Below, in pieces: positions 17,794 through 26,184 of a DNA stretch of 64,000 nt (within the stretch, counting starts at the first letter, position 1; every line of letters begins with the position of its first letter). The notes beneath the pieces are model-generated. The model saw nothing but the letters and a program-made list of their open reading frames with translations, made no database searches and was not told where the DNA came from. The stretch covers positions 409,882 through 473,881 of the forward strand of contig CBDCTI010000007.1 in NCBI GenBank assembly GCA_965222025.1, written 5' to 3'. The position numbers and the translations under genes were made by a program. The DNA is from Dehalococcoidia bacterium (GTDB taxonomy: Bacteria; Chloroflexota; Dehalococcoidia; Lucifugimonadales; UBA3495).

Positions 17794-17808
17794 GCGGCCA
17801 CTCTTTTA

Positions 17809-18258
17809 CTACGATGAAACTACTTGGATCAGGATCTTTGCGAAGTCACGAAGTCGTTCGGCTTCTTCCTCATTGTATGCACACCAATAGGGACTAAGGG
17901 ATGTCGACCCAGCCAACCGGCACAAAACGTTGAGCATTGATTTTTGTGTCCGCGGAAGGGTCGGGATGAGGCCCGTGTGGAGTATAACTTCTGAGAATGC
18001 CCCATAAGGACTAACCGAAATGGCGCTGGCATCGCTATTCTCGTCAGCCTCGATGTCCACAATTTTGCCATCCCCTACTATGGCAATATTTCGGATTGTC
18101 GAATCTTGGCTGACCCTGAAATATATTCCCTTGGGTTCGGAGATAAATGCCGATGCCATATACAGTTCCCAATATGTCTCAAAGGTCTGGTGGGGACCCT
18201 GTGAGAGCATATGGTTGACCACTGAGTCCAAATTTTCCGAACGGTGGGTGTCGGCCAT
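17809..18258 (-). CDS. hypothetical protein (module gene A)
   Basis: ORF 17809..18306, trimmed to ATG 18258 (MADTHRSENLDSVV...). It lies 15 nt upstream of gene B. No motif recognised. Confidence 0.4.
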   Translation of the reverse strand: MADTHRSENLDSVVNHMLSQGPHQTFETYWELYMASAFISEPKGIYFRVSQDSTIRNIAIVGDGKIVDIEADENSDASAISVSPYGAFSEVILHTGLIPTLPRTQKSMLNVLCRLAGSTSLSPYWCAYNEEEAERLRDFAKILIQVVSS

Positions 18259-18547
18259 TGCCACAGGCTCCAAGGATAGGCTTAGCGAAAGATCAGCGAG
18301 AACCACGCTAAAGATAAGGGTATTAGGTTGAAATTAGACCACCAAATAGAAAATTACAAGGCCTAGGGCACGCGGTCGAACGGACGCAGGAGAAGGCCAT
18401 GCAACTTATCCGTACAACACTTGCCCTCAAGTCTCGTGTTAATACAGAGTCCCTAGGAGTATCGCTCTCGCTTGACAAGGCGGCGGGGTTTCCGTAATGG
18501 TGGGCTCTACGAGATTAGGGCGAAAACCGGTTGCAGGAGAATGACCC

Positions 18548-19363
18548 ATGGTGGAGAGGGCTCCGAGGCTTGAGGGTAAGGTGGCTATCATTACTGGGGC
18601 TGGGTCTTCCGGGGAGGGGATCGGGAACGGGAAGGCGGCGGCGATCCTGATGGCTCGCGAGGGCGCGAAGGTGCTGCTGGTGGACCAGATGGAGGACCGC
18701 GCCAAGGAGACGCTTCAGATTATCAAGTCGGAGGGCGGCGAGGCGTCGACGTTCCAGGGCGATATGACCAAGCTGGACGACTGCGAGCAGATGGCGCAGG
18801 CGGCCATGGACCGCTACGGGCGGGTGGACATCCTGGACAACAACGTGGGTATCTCGCAGCGGGGTACGGTGGTGGAGGTCAGCGAGGCCGACTGGGACCG
18901 GGTTATGACGGTCAACCTCAAGACCATGGTGCTGGCGGGCAAGGCAGTGATTCCGCGGATGATGGAGACCGGCGGCGGGTCGATCATCAACATCTCGTCC
19001 ATCGCCGGACTGCGGGCCCACATGAGCACGCCGTACACCGCCTCCAAGGCAGGTGTCATCGGGCTTACCATATCCATGGCCGCCGATCACGCGCAGGACA
19101 ACATCCGGGTGAACGCCATCGCGCCGGGGCTGGTGTACACGCCGATGGTGGCGCCGCGGATGGACGACGATCTGCGGCAGTACCGGAGGAACTCGGCGCC
19201 GATGCACGTGGAGGGCACGGGCTGGGACATCGGCTACGCGGCGTTGTTCCTGGCAAGCGACGAGGCGCGGTGGATCACGGGGATCGTGCTGCCGGTGGAC
19301 GCGGGGCTGTGCGCGGTGCACCCGGGAACGTATACGCCGATGAGCCAGCAGACGCGGTACTAG
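18548..19363 (+). CDS. SDR family oxidoreductase
   Basis: ORF track. KVAIITGAGSSGEGIGNGKAAA, NNVG, and YTASKAGVIGLT (YxxxK). Confidence 0.85.
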   Translation: MVERAPRLEGKVAIITGAGSSGEGIGNGKAAAILMAREGAKVLLVDQMEDRAKETLQIIKSEGGEASTFQGDMTKLDDCEQMAQAAMDRYGRVDILDNNVGISQRGTVVEVSEADWDRVMTVNLKTMVLAGKAVIPRMMETGGGSIINISSIAGLRAHMSTPYTASKAGVIGLTISMAADHAQDNIRVNAIAPGLVYTPMVAPRMDDDLRQYRRNSAPMHVEGTGWDIGYAALFLASDEARWITGIVLPVDAGLCAVHPGTYTPMSQQTRY

Positions 19364-19374
19364 GGGCGGGGCTT

Positions 19375-20193
19375 ATGGCAACGTTGGTCTCCCTTCTTGA
19401 CGAGAACCGGGACTCGATTAGTCGTACTCTTTGCCTGTGCAAAGACAACTGGGAATCCCTGTTGCGGGCCAGTGATTCCGAACTTCTCCATCGTCGCGGA
19501 TGGTTAAACGACGAGAAGGTCTGGACGTTTCTGGTTGCTTGTGGATATGCCATCGTTGGAAGAGACGGAGTAGCCTTACTGACCGAAAAACTGACCGGGC
19601 AGGCTGGTTTGCCACAGCTGGATATCCCTCAAATATGGCTCGAATTCCAGCCGATGACGCCCAGGATCGACGAGGGCAGGACTCATCTGGACCTGGCCGT
19701 CGGAAGCATCGCCCCGGAGAAAGGAACGAAAGGCGGAATAGACTTGGCCATCAACGAAGCAACGAAGTCCTGGATTTGCTTCTGCGAAATGAAGTGGGAG
19801 TCGGACATCTCTCCTGATACGGCTAATGATGAAAAGCGGAACCAGTTGGTTCGGGTCATAGAGTCCGCCTTGTACTTTCAGAAAAGAGGAGCTTTCTCGG
19901 ATGAAGTCTATGTGAGCCTCGTGACGCCCGAAGCATTCAAGGGGACGCTGGGTTTCGAAAAGCTCTATCGGAGCAAATTCAGCGAATACGAATCCGACAA
20001 TTTCAACATTTTGGAAGACCTACGCAATTGTGTTTTAAGGCCGAGGGATCAGTTTGACGCGGCGGAACGGATTGATGCGCTATCACTCCGGTGGACAACT
20101 TATGATGCCTTGTTCGATGGTTTTCCTGCCAGTGCTATCAGCGACGGGCTGAAGGAATTCTGGAACCGCTACGGAAGCTATCTCAGGGGATGA
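19375..20193 (+). CDS. hypothetical PD-(D/E)xK nuclease-fold protein
   Basis: Internal ATG of ORF 19270..20193 (MATLVSLLDENRDS...). Candidate catalytic residues are THLDLAV ... ICFCEMKWE (D...E-x-K). Visibly lower GC than the flanking SDR genes. Confidence 0.45.
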   Translation: MATLVSLLDENRDSISRTLCLCKDNWESLLRASDSELLHRRGWLNDEKVWTFLVACGYAIVGRDGVALLTEKLTGQAGLPQLDIPQIWLEFQPMTPRIDEGRTHLDLAVGSIAPEKGTKGGIDLAINEATKSWICFCEMKWESDISPDTANDEKRNQLVRVIESALYFQKRGAFSDEVYVSLVTPEAFKGTLGFEKLYRSKFSEYESDNFNILEDLRNCVLRPRDQFDAAERIDALSLRWTTYDALFDGFPASAISDGLKEFWNRYGSYLRG

Positions 20194-20197
20194 GACT

Positions 20198-20944
20198 ATG
20201 AGGCTGGAAGGCAAGGTTGCGCTGATCAGCGGTGGGGCCCGCGGGATGGGAGCGGAGGAGGCGGTGCTGTTTGCCCGCGAGGGGGCGAAGGTTGTTATCG
20301 GTGATTTGCTGGGAGCCGAGGGAGAAGCGGTCGCCTCGTCAATCCCCGATGGTGCTGGGGCCTTCGCTCGGCTGGACGTCACCAGCGAGGACGACTGGCG
20401 AGCGGCGGTGGCGTTGGCGGAAGAACGATATGGCAGGCTCGACATACTGGTGAACAACGCCGGGGTTAGCGCCACAGGCACTATCGAGGACACGACGGTT
20501 GAAGAATGGGACCGGGTGATGTCGGTGAACGCCAAGGGGGTGTTCCTCGGGACCAAGCACGCCATCCCGGCGATGCAGCGGGCCGGTGGCGGGTCGATCA
20601 TCAACATCTCGTCGCAGCTGGGCATCGTGGCGATGAACGAGTCGAGCCCGCAGTACATTGCGTCGAAGGGCGCGGTGCGGCTGCTGACCAAGTCGACGGC
20701 GATCCAGTACGCCTCTGACGGCATCCGCTGCAACTCGGTGCACCCGGGGCCGATCGTGACGCCGATGACCGAGGGGCGGCGGTCGGACGCCGGAGTGCGG
20801 TCGCTGATGGAGTCGCGGATACCGCTGGGGCGGTACGGCGAGGCCATCGACGTAGCGTACGGTGTGTTGTACCTGGCATCGGATGAATCGTCGTTCGTTA
20901 CGGGTAGCGAGCTGGTGATCGACGGCGGGTGGGTGGCGCAGTAA
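20198..20944 (+). CDS. SDR family oxidoreductase (3-alpha/20-beta-HSD-like)
   Basis: ORF track. KVALISGGARGMGAEEA, NNAG, YIASKGAVRLLT. Confidence 0.85.
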   Translation: MRLEGKVALISGGARGMGAEEAVLFAREGAKVVIGDLLGAEGEAVASSIPDGAGAFARLDVTSEDDWRAAVALAEERYGRLDILVNNAGVSATGTIEDTTVEEWDRVMSVNAKGVFLGTKHAIPAMQRAGGGSIINISSQLGIVAMNESSPQYIASKGAVRLLTKSTAIQYASDGIRCNSVHPGPIVTPMTEGRRSDAGVRSLMESRIPLGRYGEAIDVAYGVLYLASDESSFVTGSELVIDGGWVAQ

Positions 20945-20994
20945 AGGCGAGGGCTCCTGCGAGGTGGCTTCTGGTGCCGTGTTTTATAATTACC

Positions 20995-21329
20995 TCAGTC
21001 CATCCGCGCCGATTGGTCCGCGAGGAGAGCCATGACCAGCAAGCCTAAGCAACGTGCCAAGGATGCTGGGACGCTGGAGAAGTTTCCGGATTTCCCTCCC
21101 AGGGATGACATGCAGAACTCGCTATTCCTTGACCGCCCTGCGCACCAGGCGGCAGAGGAGACTGGAAGGCGTTGAGGTGTGTACTCACCCGCAGAAACTC
21201 GTAGCAAATGCTCCAAGTCAAATAAGAAGAACCCTCAGAGCGAGCCTCGGCCAATCTTGCCAAGCAGACTGGTTGCATTTCTGAATTATCGTTAACCGAG
21301 TGAATTAAGACGTTGGTGTCAAAAACCAC
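20995..21329 (-). pseudogene. frameshifted PIN-domain toxin (vapC-like)
   Basis: The N-terminus MVFDTNVLIHSVNDNSE...YLTWSICYEFLRVSTH is PIN-like. After about 60 aa the reading frame degenerates. The remaining segments are split over other frames (ORF 20995..21216) and no PIN C-terminal motif is intact. Confidence 0.6.
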
Positions 21330-21332
21330 TGT

Positions 21333-21602
21333 CTATTCCTTGGGTGGGTCGCCATAAAGCTGGCGGAATTTATCCCAATCTTCCAGTCTATCGTACAACT
21401 CTTCGCGGTTGGAAATGTCCACCAAAGGCTTGCCCATCGGCCATGTAGGAAGCGGTCGCAGGCTAGGTCCGACCGGAAAGCCAACTCCGGGTATGTCCTT
21501 GATAGCCGCCTCCACCAGAGCGGATACAGTTGTTCCCTTGCGCGTTGCAACTTCGAGCAGCCGCTGCATGACTCCTTCATCAATGTCGAAAGTCGCCTTC
21601 AT
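21333..21602 (-). CDS. vapB: VapB-type (DUF2191-like) antitoxin
   Basis: C-terminal 89 aa of ORF 21333..21935, starting at ATG 21602: MKATFDIDEGVMQRLLEVATRKGTTVSALVEAAI. It ends 3 nt before the vapC-like start. Confidence 0.65.
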   Translation of the reverse strand: MKATFDIDEGVMQRLLEVATRKGTTVSALVEAAIKDIPGVGFPVGPSLRPLPTWPMGKPLVDISNREELYDRLEDWDKFRQLYGDPPKE

Positions 21603-21687
21603 ACATCCAACCTTACGCAGGGTAATACCGGCTGTCAAAAAGGTGTTTGATTCTGACAGCCGGTAACGATCTTGTCGGGTAGTCACC

Positions 21688-22656
21688 TTAGGGGGTGAGC
21701 AGTATTTTGCCGGTGGTCTCGCGGCCTTCGAGCTGGCGGTGAGCTTCCTGGGCTTGGGAGAGGGGGAGCTCGAGGCCGACGTAGAGCTTGACCTCGCCGG
21801 ACTGGACCCAGCGCAGGACGTCGTCGGCCCGCTGGACGAGTTCGTCGCGGGTGGCGGTGTAGTCGCCGAGGCTGGGACGGATGAGGGACAGTGAGCCGCC
21901 GCGCAGGATGCCGCTGTCGACCTGCCCCACGGCACCGCCGGCTGCGCCGTAGAGGGCCATCACGCCGCGTCGTCCGAGGAGACGCATGCCCTTGTCGAAG
22001 GTGGTGGCTCCCACTGCGTCCATGATCATCTTCAGGCCCTGGCCGTTTGAGGACTTCCTTATTTCTTCTTCGAAGTCCTGCTTTGTATAAATGATGGTGT
22101 GGTCTGCGCCGGCGCCCTTCGCGAGCTCGGCCTTTTCCTCGGTGGAGACGGTGGTGTGGACGTAGACGCCGATATTCTTCAGCATCTGTATGAGCCAGAG
22201 TCCCATGCCTCCGGCGCCGGCGTGGACCAAGACGCGGTCGCCTTCGCCCAGATGCGCGATGCCGTAGACGAGGAAGTGGGCGGTCATGCCTTGGAGCATG
22301 GTGGCGGCGGCGGTGGCGAAGTCCATGCCGTCGGGGATGCGGACCAGGAGCCACGAGGGGACGGAGTGTACCTGTGAGTAGGTGCCGGTGTGCATGGCGT
22401 AGGCCACCCGATCGCCGACGGCCACCTCGGTCACGCCGTCTCCGATTGCGGTGACGACGCCGGCGGCCTCGCGGCCCGGGGTCCAGGGGAATGCGTCCGG
22501 CGGGTTGGTGCCCTTGCGGCTGGAGACGTCGGTGTAGTTGACGCCGATGGACTTGATTTCGACCAGGGCGTGGCCTGGCGCGGCGGAGGGCTCGGGGGCT
22601 TCCTCGTAATTCAGGACATCGGGCCCGCCGGTTTGGTATATGCGGACGGTCTTCAT
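21688..22656 (-). CDS. NADPH:quinone oxidoreductase (zinc-type ADH superfamily)
   Basis: ORF track. MKTVRIYQTGGPDVLNYEE...GVNYTDV...HAGAGGMGLWLIQ. Confidence 0.85.
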   Translation of the reverse strand: MKTVRIYQTGGPDVLNYEEAPEPSAAPGHALVEIKSIGVNYTDVSSRKGTNPPDAFPWTPGREAAGVVTAIGDGVTEVAVGDRVAYAMHTGTYSQVHSVPSWLLVRIPDGMDFATAAATMLQGMTAHFLVYGIAHLGEGDRVLVHAGAGGMGLWLIQMLKNIGVYVHTTVSTEEKAELAKGAGADHTIIYTKQDFEEEIRKSSNGQGLKMIMDAVGATTFDKGMRLLGRRGVMALYGAAGGAVGQVDSGILRGGSLSLIRPSLGDYTATRDELVQRADDVLRWVQSGEVKLYVGLELPLSQAQEAHRQLEGRETTGKILLTP

Positions 22657-22837
22657 GGTCTGGCTCCTTGGCGGTTGTCTGATCTGTGATTTTTGGATTT
22701 ATGTGATTGGGGCGAAAGTCGTGTCGCCGAGTTTATCGTGTCGGGAATGTACAGAAATAGGTGGCGGAGGTCGCTGTTAATGAAGGGGGGGAGCCCTCAC
22801 CCTAGCCCCCTCCCGCAGGGAGAAGGGATTTGTCTCT

Positions 22838-23731
22838 CTACGCTGGCGGGTAGTGTTCCTTCCACCAGCGGGCTATGTCGAGGCGGCGGGCGAACCAGAC
22901 GCCTTCCTTCTCGGAGGCGTACTTGAGGAACTGGTCGAGGGCCCGGGCGCGGCTGGGCTTGCCGATGATGCGGCAGTGGAGGCCGACGGACATCATCTTA
23001 GGCTGTGTGGCGCCCTCCTCGTAGAGCTGGTCGAAGCTGGCCTTGGCGACCTGGAAGAAGTGCTCTGGGGTCAGCAGGTCGCCGCGCCAGTACTTGTAGT
23101 CGTTGACCTCGAGGGAGTAGGGGACGACGAGCCAGGGGTTGCCGTGGACCTGGGTCCAATAGGGGAGGTCGTCGTTGTAGGAGTTGCAGTCGTATTCGAA
23201 GCCGCCCTCCTCGACGACGAGGTCGCGGGTGTTGACGCTGGGGCCGTAGCGGGTGTACCAGCCGAGGGGGCGCTGGCCGCAGATGCGCTCGATGGTGTCG
23301 ACGGCTTCGCGGATGGCCTGCCGCTCGGCGTCGCGGTCCATGCGGTAGTACTCCTCCCAGCGGTTGCCGTGGCCCATGACCTCGTGGCCGCGGCGGATGG
23401 CATCGGGGCCGACCTCGGGGTTGCGCTCGAGGGCCAGGGCGCAGGCGTAGAAGGTGCTGGGGACGTTGTTGCGTTCAAGGATGTCCATGATGCGCCAGAC
23501 GCCGACGCGGCTGCCGTATTCGAAGAAGGACTCGTTGGCCAGGTCGCGCTCGCCGGGCCCGAGGGGAGAGGGAGACTCGCCGGAGGTCTCGCCAGCGGGG
23601 TCGCCGTCGAGGGTGGAGTACTCGGAGCCCTCCTCGTAGTTTACGACGACGGAGATGGCGATGCGGGCGTCGTTGGGCCAGCGGACGGCGGGCGGGTTGG
23701 CGCCGTAGCCGACGAAATCGCGTTGCTGCAT
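22838..23731 (-). CDS. polysaccharide-deacetylase-fold protein, PuuE allantoinase-like
   Basis: ORF track. VRWPNDARIAISVVVNYEEGSE...HGNRWEEYY is typical of PuuE-type deacetylases. Confidence 0.7.
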   Translation of the reverse strand: MQQRDFVGYGANPPAVRWPNDARIAISVVVNYEEGSEYSTLDGDPAGETSGESPSPLGPGERDLANESFFEYGSRVGVWRIMDILERNNVPSTFYACALALERNPEVGPDAIRRGHEVMGHGNRWEEYYRMDRDAERQAIREAVDTIERICGQRPLGWYTRYGPSVNTRDLVVEEGGFEYDCNSYNDDLPYWTQVHGNPWLVVPYSLEVNDYKYWRGDLLTPEHFFQVAKASFDQLYEEGATQPKMMSVGLHCRIIGKPSRARALDQFLKYASEKEGVWFARRLDIARWWKEHYPPA

Positions 23732-23863
23732 GGGGGGCCTCCTTGACTGGTACTCCGGGCTTCATAGTGCCAAGGTGTACATTGTACCTGCTATGTTGGT
23801 AGGCTTTACCAACAGCGTGTCAGCCAAAAGGGAAGTCCGTTGGAACAGGGTGAGAGGTCGAAA

Positions 23864-24211
23864 ATGCACCAATCATTCATAGACTTCGGCAAGAGACCGA
23901 CCACGCCCTCCGAGGTTATCGAGAAAGTCGAGAAGTTTGTCAGGAAGGACCTGGAAGGACGGTTCAAGGACGCGTTTGCCTTCGACCCGATAATCGTTAA
24001 TCCGGAACTGGACCACTAAGGTGACGAGTTCCTGCACATCTACATCATCTTCGAAGGGGATCAGAAGGTGTTGGACCCCAAGTGGACTGGCCGTCTCGAA
24101 GGGCGGTTGCTAAACCATTTACCTGATGGAGCTCTTCCCCATACACCCGGACATTCGTTCATCGAAAAGAGCGAGTGGAAAGAAATTCACGGAGAGCAGG
24201 TCCCCTCTTGA
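23864..24211 (+). pseudogene. module gene B-prime, interrupted by in-frame TAA at 24017..24019
   Basis: I translated MHQSFIDFGKRPTTPSEVIEKVEKFVRKDLEGRFKDAFAFDPIIVNPELDH*GDEFLHIYIIFEGDQKVLDPKWTGRLEGRLLNHLPDGALPHTPGHSFIEKSEWKEIHGEQVPS. The acidic LH-I/L core resembles gene B (17395..17793). Confidence 0.5.
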
Positions 24212-24693
24212 ACCCTCGAGACCTGATCAGAATAGCGAGACAACTGGCATCAGGGGCAGTGGGCGGAAACAGGGGCCGTCCGCGCCAAGCCGAGTTGCGA
24301 CGGGCAATAAGCGCCGCTTATTACGCACTCTTTCACGCCCTGGCGTCAGGTTGCGCAGACCGGCTTGCCGGATCAACCCGATCCAACCGCAGCGAGTCTG
24401 CGTGGCGCCAGACCTACCGGGCGCTGGAACACGGACACGCCAGGAATCAGTGCGATAGTCAGTCTGCCATGAGTGCGTTTCCCTCTGAGATCCAATATTT
24501 CGGACGCAGATTTGTATTCATGCAGGGGCAACGCCAACTTGCGGAATACTCTCCCAGCGCCTCGTTTTCCCGAGGCTGGGCGGTGCAGGCCATTAACGAA
24601 ACCGAGGACGCGATCGATGCGTTTGAGGGCGCCTCCAACTCAGACCGGAGGGCCTTTGCAATTCATGTGCTATTCAGGGCTCGGAGGGACTGA
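24208..24693 (+). CDS. HEPN-like helical protein (module gene C-prime)
   Basis: ORF 24175..24693. The proposed TTG start at 24208 overlaps the upstream stop (TTGA). NPRDLIRIARQLA, RRAISAAYYALFHAL and QGQRQLAEY parallel gene C at 16973..17398. Confidence 0.5.
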   Translation: MNPRDLIRIARQLASGAVGGNRGRPRQAELRRAISAAYYALFHALASGCADRLAGSTRSNRSESAWRQTYRALEHGHARNQCDSQSAMSAFPSEIQYFGRRFVFMQGQRQLAEYSPSASFSRGWAVQAINETEDAIDAFEGASNSDRRAFAIHVLFRARRD

Positions 24694-24884
24694 GTCTTCT
24701 TCACTGATTGAGGTCAATTCTCTCCTTCTCACGCTGTAGATATGCATTCAGCATAGGGCGTTTGCAATGCAGGGGTGGTTGTGCTTTATTTATGAGGCTG
24801 TCTCCGGCACTGCACCGCGACGCAGTGAATGGATAAATCACGCCGCGCCTTTTTTGGCGGGGCGGGAGAGGAGTCTTTGCTGAT

Positions 24885-25658
24885 ATGGCCTTTGAGATGA
24901 TCTCCACCGATCAGGTGGACCGGGTTGCGATTGTTACCCTGAACCGTCCGGAGGTGCTGAATGCCCTCAACCTGAAGCTGGTGCGGGAACTGGACGAGTT
25001 TCTGACCGAAGCGGAGGCGGACGACGGAATCGGGGCAGTGATTATCACCGGTGCCGGAGAGCGGGCGTTCTCCGCCGGGGCCGATATTCACGAGAACCGT
25101 GAGTTCACCCAGGAACAGAGGGACGCGGGCGCCGCCGATCGGTCAAATTACACTTGGCACATGGCCACCTGCAGCAAGCCCGTAATCGGTGCAATCAACG
25201 GCCTTTGCTATGGCGGCGGGACGGTCATGGCCACCAGCCTGGACTTCCTCATCGGCTGCGAGAAGAGCAGCTTTCGCTTCCTGGCGGTCAACTACGGCCA
25301 GTTGAATGCCACCTGGAGCCTGCCGACGCTGGTGGGCTGGGGCAAGGCCAAGGAGCTTCTGTACAGCGGGCGCGAAGTGTTCGCCGAAGAGGCCTACCAC
25401 ATCGGCTTGATCAACCACCTGGTGCCGTCGGAGCAACTGATGGACAAGACCATCGAGGTGGCAGCGGGCATCGCGAAGAACCGGCCCGAGGGCGTCGACA
25501 ACATCAAGCAGCTCCTGATAGAGCATACCGGCAACTCGCTGGAGCAGCAGTTCTGGACGGAGATCGAGGGCCGGCAGGGGCGCTTCCGGGGCCTGACCGT
25601 AGAGGAGGGCTTCAGCGATTTCCTCGACCGCAAAGGGCGGAAGCCGGCGGTGTCATAA
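24885..25658 (+). CDS. enoyl-CoA hydratase/isomerase (crotonase) family protein
   Basis: ORF track. VAIVTLNRPEVLNAL...ITGAGERAFSAGADI...INGLCYGGG. Confidence 0.85.
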   Translation: MAFEMISTDQVDRVAIVTLNRPEVLNALNLKLVRELDEFLTEAEADDGIGAVIITGAGERAFSAGADIHENREFTQEQRDAGAADRSNYTWHMATCSKPVIGAINGLCYGGGTVMATSLDFLIGCEKSSFRFLAVNYGQLNATWSLPTLVGWGKAKELLYSGREVFAEEAYHIGLINHLVPSEQLMDKTIEVAAGIAKNRPEGVDNIKQLLIEHTGNSLEQQFWTEIEGRQGRFRGLTVEEGFSDFLDRKGRKPAVS

Positions 25659-25687
25659 GCGTTAGCGACAGACTCTGACTCAGCCAT

Positions 25688-25716
25688 GACCCCCGGGGGC
25701 TGCCCTCCGGGGGTCT
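25688..25716 (+). terminator. intrinsic terminator hairpin
   Basis: GACCCCCGG-10 nt-CCGGGGGTC: a 9-bp perfect stem followed by TTGCCTTT, 30 nt after the crotonase stop. Confidence 0.55.
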
Positions 25717-25936
25717 TGCCTTTAGAAAGCCTCCCGGTGCTGACTAGTTCTGGCGACTATTGCTTCGGGCGCCACCGGCCGATGGTGGGAATGGGTGGGA
25801 GTGCGGATGGCGGATTGCGGATTGCCGGGGTCCGGTTGCTTTCTCACTATGAACTGGCGAAGGGGATTGGCATGGTGTTGCTGATGGTTTCAGCAGGATC
25901 TTCTTTAGCCTTAGCAGTAATCATCGTTGGCCTTGG

Positions 25937-25966
25937 GATGGTGTCGGAGGCACCTCCGACACCATC
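25937..25966. repeat. perfect 14-bp inverted repeat with a 2-nt spacer
   Basis: GATGGTGTCGGAGG-CA-CCTCCGACACCATC seen directly; intergenic. Confidence 0.7.
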
Positions 25967-26096
25967 ATGATAGGGGTACTGTTTTTCGTGGCCTTCTGCT
26001 TCTGCTGGGGTACTGTAGAAATTATCCACAGGTTGGACGCCTTGATTCAACTGAGAAATGGGCGCGATGGCGTTTAAAGTGCATCCTGCGAGAGCC

Positions 26097-26130
26097 AACG
26101 TGACCGGTTGCCGAACGTGACCGGTTGCCG
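26097..26130. repeat. perfect 17-bp tandem duplication AACGTGACCGGTTGCCG x2
   Basis: Seen directly, 55 nt upstream of the DASS transporter start. Each unit contains ACCGGT. Confidence 0.7.
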
Positions 26131-26184
26131 GATGTGGAACCACCCAGAAATGAACCTCGCTGTGGACGCCACTGAGCCTGAGGG

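Noticed and set aside
21603-21935. Upstream 111 codons of track ORF 21333..21935
   Set aside because: This Pro/Ser/Ala-rich stretch overlaps the 3' end of the quinone oxidoreductase gene. The VapB-like protein begins at ATG 21602.
22760-22840. CCCTCACCCTAGCCCCCTCCCGCAGGGAGAAGGG as a member of a repeat family
   Set aside because: Only a single short hairpin is present. It resembles generic GC-rich REP-like sequences, but the only loosely similar second site in the window is the terminator at 29601. That is not enough to call a family.
22853-23746. 297-aa + ORF opposite the PuuE-like gene. Similar long shadows occur at 18515..19321, 31799..32752, 33087..34382, 36933..37742, 45994..46911, 48192..49325, 53497..54633, 57128..58363 and 61034..62155.
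   Set aside because: Each one overlaps, on the opposite strand, a gene with strong family signatures. All have low-complexity G/A/V/R/P/H composition and no recognisable motif.
25686-26143. Small ORFs 25686..25970 (+) and 25847..26143 (-) in the crotonase-transporter spacer
   Set aside because: They overlap each other and the terminator and palindrome structures. They have no RBS or motif support, so the region is treated as non-coding.
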